A stretch of 32,000 nucleotides of DNA from Candidatus Electronema halotolerans (GTDB lineage Bacteria > Desulfobacterota > Desulfobulbia > Desulfobulbales > Desulfobulbaceae): the NCBI GenBank assembly GCA_942493095.1, contig OW818675.1, forward strand, positions 750,001 through 782,000, in the 5' to 3' direction. The notes beneath the pieces were generated by a model. That model did no database searches. It was not told the origin of the DNA and was given only the letters and a program-made list of their open reading frames with translations. Position numbers and translations under genes: made by a program. Below, piece by piece: positions 26,072-32,000 of this stretch (its first letter is position 1; each line of letters starts with the position of its first letter).

Positions 26072-27166
26072 CAATTTTGTCAATTCATACCTGTGGCGCA
26101 GAGAATCTTCAGTAAGGGGAACAGTATAATATAATGTGCTATAAAGATTAAAACCTATTTTGGTTAGGCAATTATTTTTTTTTGAAAAATCATTTATCGC
26201 CTTTTTTGTTTCATCATCTATGAAATTTGTCAATCTAACTTTTTTATACCCATGCAAGAAAAGCAATTCCTGCACTTTATTTATTTTTGTTTTCTCATCA
26301 ATCTGGTAATTCCATTGTTTTTTTACATAGTACTCTACTGTAGGATCAGGCTGTGCACCATCTAATAGCCTCCAATATGGCAGATCAAGATATTTTCCAA
26401 TAAGTTGGATAACACTTGTCTGAACAAGCAAGCGTAAGGCAGCATGTCTTCCTTCAACCTTTTTAACTTCCCCTTTCAGGCCAAGGGTTGGCCCAAGTAT
26501 TGTAAAACCAAGTTCTTTTTTGCCGATTCCCTTATGCACCTGCATAGTATTAGATGTCTGAATACGAGGAAGTCCGCTCATTGTATCAATATTCAGCATG
26601 TTTAAATCAATAGTTATCCTTGCAGTGCTTGTTTTTTCACCCTGCATATACTCAATGCCAAAAGGAGCTTGTTGTCCAAAATCATCAGTTTCATAACCTA
26701 AATTTGTAGAATCTTCTTTGGTTTCCATACCTCTGTCGAATTCAGTAATACCTCCTATTATAATAGCAGCAGGAACAAGTTTATTTTGTAAATTATTATA
26801 CCCTAAATTTTTCAGGTTAAGAACAATATCAGGACGATAAGGAATAAAAAGAATATTTCCTCCAATCGCATTCAACGCGCTTACGGTCATTTCTGTGATA
26901 TCATAGGGTATTTCTGCTTTTGTATGTTCTGCTGTTCCTGTGTTGTCACTGATTTTGTCAATCATAATTCTTGATCTCACTCCATAGATCTCAGCCATTT
27001 TGCCAAGATCCTTGAGAACATGACTTAATTCTGTTTTATTAACTTCTATGACTCCAGAAGGAATTTCTATATCAACTTGGCGCGGATCTATCTTAGCGCA
27101 TCCTAAAAAAAGCAGTGCCAAAAAAAAATATACCAATATTTTGATAATAGACATTATGCGCAACAA
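26054..27166 (-). CDS. CsgG-like outer-membrane lipoprotein with C-terminal peptidoglycan-binding-like region; last codons altered by the IS1 insertion
   Basis: Lipobox 'LLFLGC'. CsgG-like blocks 'GTAEHTKAEIPYDITEMTVSALNAI', 'AAIIIGGITEFDRG', 'ITIDLNMLNIDTMSGLPRIQTSNTMQV', 'HAALRLLVQTSVIQLIGKYLDLPYWR', then 'INKVQELLFLHGYKKVRLTNFIDDETKKAINDFSKKN'. Confidence 0.75.
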   Translation of the reverse strand: MLRIMSIIKILVYFFLALLFLGCAKIDPRQVDIEIPSGVIEVNKTELSHVLKDLGKMAEIYGVRSRIMIDKISDNTGTAEHTKAEIPYDITEMTVSALNAIGGNILFIPYRPDIVLNLKNLGYNNLQNKLVPAAIIIGGITEFDRGMETKEDSTNLGYETDDFGQQAPFGIEYMQGEKTSTARITIDLNMLNIDTMSGLPRIQTSNTMQVHKGIGKKELGFTILGPTLGLKGEVKKVEGRHAALRLLVQTSVIQLIGKYLDLPYWRLLDGAQPDPTVEYYVKKQWNYQIDEKTKINKVQELLFLHGYKKVRLTNFIDDETKKAINDFSKKNNCLTKIGFNLYSTLYYTVPLTEDSLRHRYELTKLGDGEL

Positions 27167-27182
27167 ATACTTTTTAAATAAA

Positions 27183-27209
27183 AAATCCGCCTTTTGAAAA
27201 GGCGGATTT
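27183..27209 (-). terminator. Intrinsic terminator/attenuator between the small secreted gene and the CsgG-like gene
   Basis: Near-perfect hairpin AAATCCGCCTTTT/GAAAAGGCGGATTT. On the minus strand the 3' arm is followed by TTTTTTATTT. Confidence 0.8.
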
Positions 27210-27230
27210 CACAAAAATTTCAAGAAAAAA

Positions 27231-27575
27231 CTATTTCATGGATATGGCCGCCTTGTCCCCCTGAGACTGATCAATAATTATGATATCACCATGAATATTA
27301 CTCCCTGAACCAACTATTACTGAGTTGACAGAAATATTTTTTGCTGTTCCATTCGCATCGTCAATAACAACATCGTCGCTGCTCATAGATGTATATGATT
27401 TACTGATAGAATTAAGAACAATGTAACTTATATTCTTCTGCATTTTGCCTAACTCGTGATAATCAGTTATAGAATCATCTATATCAATGCCATCGTCTAT
27501 ATCCAAGGCAAGACATGAATTGATGATTGATACTGATATGGTTATTATAAGCAGTAAAATTTTCATAGTTTTCAT
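27231..27575 (-). CDS. Small secreted protein of unknown function
   Basis: Signal peptide 'MKTMKILLLIITISVSIINSCLA' then 'LDIDDGIDIDDSITDYHELGKMQKNISYIVLNSISKSY...NISVNSVIVGSGSNIHGDIIIIDQSQGDKAAISMK'. Confidence 0.7.
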   Translation of the reverse strand: MKTMKILLLIITISVSIINSCLALDIDDGIDIDDSITDYHELGKMQKNISYIVLNSISKSYTSMSSDDVVIDDANGTAKNISVNSVIVGSGSNIHGDIIIIDQSQGDKAAISMK

Positions 27576-27663
27576 AATAATTGACACCTGTGTTTTTTCT
27601 TCCTTACTTAAAGGAGTCAGGGAGTCAACATAAATTGACTCCCTGAAAAAACGCTGATCGTTG

Positions 27664-28506
27664 TTACTGGATGGCAACACCACCTGCAACAGCGGTTGCT
27701 CCTCCAGTTGCAACAGCAGTCACATCATCAGCATCAACTTTGTTGTTCACATTACCGACGGTAACCCCCCATTTAAGAGATATTCCGCCTGCGACGGCTG
27801 TTGAATATTCACCTTTAGCTACAGCAGTGATGTCATCAGCCTTAACATTGTTGTTTAGATTGCCAACACCATCAACAAAATCAGTGACGGTAATCCCTCC
27901 CGCAGCTGCTGTGGCATCACCTTTAGCCACAGCAGTGATGTCATCAGCCTCAACATTATTGTTTATATTGCCGATATTGTAGGCATCACGAAGACTAATT
28001 CCGCCTGCAGCGGCAGCCGCCCCTAAACCTTCAGCTACAGCAGTAATATCATCAGCATCAACCTTGTTGTTCACGTTGCCAATGTTATGAGATCCTGAAC
28101 CCTTTATATCGATACCACCTGCCGCAGCACTTGCGCCCCACGGTCCCTTTGCGACAGCAGTCACATCATCGGCATTAACATTATTGTTCACATTGCCAAT
28201 GGGACCTGATTCTCTGATGTTGATGCCTGCCGCAATCGCACTTGAGCCATCCTCAGATCCAGCTCCCTTTGCGACAGCAGTCACATCACCAGCCTCAACC
28301 TTGTTATTAACATTACCATAGTCATAAGAATTCTCAATGCTGATGCCGGCCGCTGTCGCTGTCACTGTCCCTTCTCCTGGTCCTCCATGCTGTTTAGCAA
28401 CAGCAGTAATGTCGTCGGCATCAACCTTGTTATTCACATTGCTCGCAAAAGCACTTCCTGCGCACATAATAACAGATACTGCTACGATAATTGCTGTCTT
28501 GTTCAT
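27664..28506 (-). CDS. Secreted tandem-repeat protein (~280 aa), candidate fibre or adhesive/amyloid-like subunit
   Basis: Signal peptide 'MNKTAIIVAVSVIMCAGSAFA' then seven full repeats and a variant of 'G-N-[VIL]-N-N-[KN]-V-x-A-[DG]-D-[IV]-TAVAKG...A-[AV]-AGGI'. Confidence 0.85.
   Translation of the reverse strand: MNKTAIIVAVSVIMCAGSAFASNVNNKVDADDITAVAKQHGGPGEGTVTATAAGISIENSYDYGNVNNKVEAGDVTAVAKGAGSEDGSSAIAAGINIRESGPIGNVNNNVNADDVTAVAKGPWGASAAAGGIDIKGSGSHNIGNVNNKVDADDITAVAEGLGAAAAAGGISLRDAYNIGNINNNVEADDITAVAKGDATAAAGGITVTDFVDGVGNLNNNVKADDITAVAKGEYSTAVAGGISLKWGVTVGNVNNKVDADDVTAVATGGATAVAGGVAIQ
27671..28500 (-). repeat. In-gene tandem repeat array, period roughly 100-125 bp
   Basis: Recurring plus-strand string 'aac[a/c]ttgttgtt(a/c)...' / 'gc(c/g)(t/a)cagcagtgatgtcatcagc' aligned with the protein repeats. 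Confidence 0.85.
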
Positions 28507-28591
28507 GTCGATCTCCTTTGTTGGGGATTGAGTAAAAAAACTTCCTGCTGAGTTTCTTTCTACAGCAGAAAGATTTGAAAAGCCAATTGAG

Positions 28592-29317
28592 TCACTCTGC
28601 GGCATCCACTCTGCCAGCACCTGTTGTTTCAGATATTACAACAGGATGTCCTGCATAAACAACATGTCCTGCGCCGAATGCTTTGGCTGTCAATTTTTTT
28701 CCGGCATTAACAGTGGCTCTGCCACTGCCACTTACAGACACAAAAGCCTCTTCAGAGAAGAGTTTTTCACATTGCAATTTCCCGGCTTCAGATATGACCG
28801 CCGTTATTTTCTCGATGTTTCCTTGCGCTGCTACAGAAGCAGCACCACTGACATCAATGTTGAAATTTTCAACATTGCGTATGTCTTCAATCATAACTTC
28901 CGCCGCGCCATCAACTGAAATGGATGAAATACTTTTCACCTGCACATCCAGCTTCACGGGGCGCAATGTTGAAATATTTTTTTTCACCCCTATTTTCAAC
29001 ACGTCCCCCTCCACCTTTGTTTTTATCAAAGGAACAACAGAGCTGTCCGCTGAGATAAAAACAATATTTTCCTGTCCAAACTTGATATGAATTTTTCCAG
29101 CAAAATTTCTTATATCAATCTGGCAAAAATCTGGGAGCACTCTTCTCTCTTGTTTAAGAACTCCTGTGTCAAGAGTTGCTCCTGGAGACAAGGCATGTCC
29201 ATTGATCACAATACCGCCTGCCACAGCTTGACTGCCTTGCTTGACAACTGAAGCAGCTATTGTGCGAAAAGTCATAACAGACAAAAGGAATATTGCAGCG
29301 GCAAAAATTAACTTCAT
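28592..29317 (-). CDS. Secreted DUF2807/GIN-domain (head-of-autotransporter-like) protein
   Basis: Signal peptide, then 'VLPDFCQIDIRNFAGKIHIKFGQENIVFISADSSVVPLIKTKVEGDVLKI...ISVDGAAEVMIEDIRNVENFNIDVSGAASVAAQGNIEKITAVISEAGKLQCEKL'. Confidence 0.8.
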   Translation of the reverse strand: MKLIFAAAIFLLSVMTFRTIAASVVKQGSQAVAGGIVINGHALSPGATLDTGVLKQERRVLPDFCQIDIRNFAGKIHIKFGQENIVFISADSSVVPLIKTKVEGDVLKIGVKKNISTLRPVKLDVQVKSISSISVDGAAEVMIEDIRNVENFNIDVSGAASVAAQGNIEKITAVISEAGKLQCEKLFSEEAFVSVSGSGRATVNAGKKLTAKAFGAGHVVYAGHPVVISETTGAGRVDAAE

Positions 29318-29387
29318 ATTTTATGTCTAACATGTTTTATGTTACCTGTCAAATATTTTTTTGCAAAAAAATAAATGAGAATAATTA

Positions 29388-31100
29388 TTATTGACCATTG
29401 TGCAGCATTGCCCCTTTCTGCCGCTCCCGCTGTTTCGTGTTCTGTTCAACAAAGCAAGGCTGACCGGTGAAGGGATTTTCGCCTGTCCAATACATCACGG
29501 TTGACCAAGTTGAAGGCGTGGGGGTAAAAATCTGCACCTGCTTGGGCAGCAGCTTCAGCTCGCGCAAACAGAAGCGGCGCAGGGCCTCCATGTCCTGCTG
29601 TCGGCAGCCAGGATGGGCGGCAATCAGGTAATAGGTGAGGAACTGCGGCAGTTCCTCCTCCTTGCTGATTTGGTTGAACAGCTTGCGGAAGCGGAGCAGG
29701 CTTTCCATCCCCGGCTTGCCCATGCAGGCCAAGACTTGCGGCTGGCAGTGCTCAGGCGCGGCCTTCATCTGGCCGGAGACATGATGCCGGATCACTTGCC
29801 GCAGGTAGCTGAGGCCGTTCTTCTGATCCGCCAAAATCAGATCGTGACGGATGCCTGATGCAACAACCGCCTGCTTCACGCCCTTCAGCGAACGCAGTGC
29901 CTCCAGCAAGGCCGTCTGCTCGCTGTGATCAACTCGCAGATTCTTGCAGACGGTCGGATAGAGGCAGCGGCGGTCAGGGCAGCTCCCCTTGGTCAGCTTT
30001 TTTTGGCATTCGATGCCGTACATATTGGCGGTCGGCCCGCCCACGTCATGGATGCGGCCCTTGAAGCCCGGGCTTTCCGCCAGCCGTCGGGCCTCGGCCA
30101 AAATTGACTGCCTGCTCCGCCACGTGACAGTGCGGCCCTGATGCACAGCAATGGCGCAGAAGTTGCATTCGCCATAGCAGCCGCGATGCGAGGCGATGGA
30201 AAAACGGATGGTCTCCAAGGCGCGCACCTTTCCTTTTTGCCTGTCAAAGGGATGCGCGTCATGCTGATAATCCAAGCTGTGGACCTGATCCAGTTCTGCC
30301 TGACTGAGGGGCGGCTGGGGCGGATTATGAATCAGCCAGCGTGAACCGTGCTGCTGGGCCAGTCCCTGCGCGGTGATCGCATCATTGTTGGCATAGAAAA
30401 GGCGGAACATTTCGGTAAAGGCCTTTTTCTCCGCAGGCGAGCTGCCAGCAACCTCCTCGTAAGATGGCAAAGTAAGATATGTTTCCGGTTTTGCCTTGGC
30501 CGCATAGCAGAGACCGCGAATCTGATGCGCATCTCCACCGTCGCGCAGGGCTTCAGCCAATTCAACCACACTGCGTTCGGCCATGCCATAGAGCAGATAA
30601 TCCGCCTTGGCATCAAGGAGAATGGAACGGCGCACCGCATTTGACCACCAGTCATAATGGGCAATGCGGCGCAGGCTGGCCTCAATGCCGCCGAGCACGA
30701 TTGGGCAGGTCTTTTTGAAATGGGCGCGGATCAGATTGGCATAAACAAGCACGGCCCGGTCAGGACGGCGGTTGTTGAGACCGCCGGGCGTGTGATCGTC
30801 CTGCTTTCGTTTTTTTCCTGAAGCCGTGTAGTTGGCGACCATCGAATCCACGCAGCCGCTGCTCACGCCCCAGAAGAGGCGCGGCTCGCCAAGACGGCGG
30901 ATGTCATCGCTGCGCAGGTCTGGCTGGCTGATGATGCCGACCCGGAAGCCTGCCGCCTCCAGCACCCGACCAATCACAGCAGCACCGGCAAAGGGTGAGT
31001 CTATGTATGCGTCGCCATTGACAAGGATGACATCCAAGCCGTCCCAGCCGCGCTGGCGCAGCTCCTGCCGGGTCGTGGGCAGGAAAAGATTTTCAGGCAT
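29388..31100 (-). CDS. YgiQ-family (UPF0313) radical SAM protein
   Basis: 'MPENLFLPTTRQELRQRGWDGLDVILVNGDAYIDSPFAGAAVIGRVLEAAGFRVGII', 'SFSIASHRGCYGECNFCAI'-type motif (here 'IRFSIASHRGCYGECNFCAIAVHQGRTVTWRS'). ATG at 31100 preferred over the listed 31229. Confidence 0.95.
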   Translation of the reverse strand: MPENLFLPTTRQELRQRGWDGLDVILVNGDAYIDSPFAGAAVIGRVLEAAGFRVGIISQPDLRSDDIRRLGEPRLFWGVSSGCVDSMVANYTASGKKRKQDDHTPGGLNNRRPDRAVLVYANLIRAHFKKTCPIVLGGIEASLRRIAHYDWWSNAVRRSILLDAKADYLLYGMAERSVVELAEALRDGGDAHQIRGLCYAAKAKPETYLTLPSYEEVAGSSPAEKKAFTEMFRLFYANNDAITAQGLAQQHGSRWLIHNPPQPPLSQAELDQVHSLDYQHDAHPFDRQKGKVRALETIRFSIASHRGCYGECNFCAIAVHQGRTVTWRSRQSILAEARRLAESPGFKGRIHDVGGPTANMYGIECQKKLTKGSCPDRRCLYPTVCKNLRVDHSEQTALLEALRSLKGVKQAVVASGIRHDLILADQKNGLSYLRQVIRHHVSGQMKAAPEHCQPQVLACMGKPGMESLLRFRKLFNQISKEEELPQFLTYYLIAAHPGCRQQDMEALRRFCLRELKLLPKQVQIFTPTPSTWSTVMYWTGENPFTGQPCFVEQNTKQRERQKGAMLHNGQ

Positions 31101-32000
31101 CCTCACGCAGCAGGAGGAAGAGACCGGCAGCAGCCACGGTGAGATGAATGGAAAGGGCTGCGGCCAAGGGATTGAGATAATCCGCCTTGGCCAAGGATTG
31201 CAGAATCGCCCATATTCCCCAGCAGACAAAGGCCATGCCGCAGCTCACCGGCACAGCTAAGGACAGGTCGCGGCCCCATTTTTGATAGACTGTGAGCAGC
31301 AGGGGCAGGCCGAGCAGGAGCAGGGGCAGGCCGAGCAGGATATACGATATTCGGCCATAGAACTGCGCCCAGGCAAGTGCCCGGTCTTCTGGACTCTGCT
31401 TGCCGCGCAGGGCCTCCCGGTACAGCTCCAGCAGGGACAGCTCATAATTGCGATACTGAGGAACGAAAAAATCAGCGGGTTTCTGCGGAAACCTGAAACC
31501 ACGGCTGCTGAAGACTTCACTGCGGAAGCCGCCGCCGTCCTTGGCCACTTGCGCCTGCCCATTAAGTAGAATCCATGCGCCGTTCTGCCAGAAAGCAAGT
31601 TCTGCCGCAACCAAGGTGCGCAGCTCATACTTTTTATTCCACGTGGCGTAGGAAAAAAAAGCAAATTCATTGCTGCGCGGATCAGGGCGGGCAAAGGAGT
31701 AAAAGGTGTCATCGCCCTGATAATAATAGCGGCCATTGCGGTAAATGCCGAGCGGCACCTTGCCCTTGACCTCCTTGTTCCAGATTCGGTTGGTCTGGGC
31801 CGCAGTTTTTGGCAGGACAAACTGGGACAGGGCCATGAGCAGCAGGGTGGCGATGATGCCGCCGCCAATGATCGGCGCAGTGATCTGCTTGAGGGAAACT
31901 CCGCCCGCCTTGAGCGCGGTCAGCTCGTTGGAATGATTGAGCACTCCCAGCGTGACCACTCCGGCCAGCAGAATGCAGACCGGCCCCATCTGCTCGATGA
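31093..32000 (-). CDS. LptF/LptG-family (YjgP/YjgQ) LPS export permease, 5' end outside the window
   Basis: 'LLAGVVTLGVLNHSNELTALKAGGVSLKQITAPIIGGGIIATLLLMALSQFVLP', 'FYGRISYILLGLPLLLLGLPLLL'. No start-proximal region present. Confidence 0.88.
   Translation of the reverse strand, partial: IEQMGPVCILLAGVVTLGVLNHSNELTALKAGGVSLKQITAPIIGGGIIATLLLMALSQFVLPKTAAQTNRIWNKEVKGKVPLGIYRNGRYYYQGDDTFYSFARPDPRSNEFAFFSYATWNKKYELRTLVAAELAFWQNGAWILLNGQAQVAKDGGGFRSEVFSSRGFRFPQKPADFFVPQYRNYELSLLELYREALRGKQSPEDRALAWAQFYGRISYILLGLPLLLLGLPLLLTVYQKWGRDLSLAVPVSCGMAFVCWGIWAILQSLAKADYLNPLAAALSIHLTVAAAGLFLLLREDA

Noticed and set aside
27660-28500. Regularly spaced repeats that could suggest a CRISPR array
   Set aside because: Repeats are in-frame, degenerate at codon level, lie within a signal-peptide-bearing ORF, and no cas genes are present.
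31257-31868. Minus-strand 203-aa ORF and similar overlapping ORFs (13576-13785, 30332-30685)
   Set aside because: Alternate-frame reads within lptG, ruvB and ygiQ; low-complexity Ala/Arg/Ser composition typical of shadow ORFs.

Overview
This is a bacterial accessory-rich window. It looks like Desulfobulbales/Deltaproteobacteria, but that is a weak taxonomic inference. Nearly all real genes are on the minus strand.

Main contents, left to right:
- Tandem or self-nested IS66-type transposase copies (1-2049).
- A MacAB-type export cluster with an embedded response regulator (2216-6151).
- A DUF4405-like membrane protein.
- One large sensor/channel gene split by two oppositely oriented IS630-family elements (6782-10971).
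- A Spy/CpxP-like gene and EF-hand small genes with a shared upstream direct-repeat motif.
- ruvB, a SLOG-like protein, and cmoB.
- A four-gene, tightly coupled operon: Trypco1-like protein, trypsin+STAND NTPase, STAND/NB-ARC+TPR NTPase, radical SAM/SPASM maturase (22343 to 15597), closed by a terminator.
- A NarL/NarX-type two-component pair.
- An IS1-family element with an 8-bp target duplication.
- A candidate fibre/amyloid-like secretion locus (GIN-domain protein, secreted 7-8-repeat protein, small secreted protein, intrinsic terminator, CsgG-like lipoprotein).
- A YgiQ-type radical SAM protein and a partial LptF/LptG permease.

Most notable findings: (1) reconstruction of a ~702-aa dCache + pentameric ligand-gated ion channel-like receptor disrupted by two IS630 copies; (2) the Trypco1/trypsin-STAND/STAND-TPR/rSAM-SPASM operon, a candidate conflict or RiPP-linked signalling system; (3) the CsgG-linked repeat-protein locus. 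All family calls come from motif recognition only; no database search was possible.
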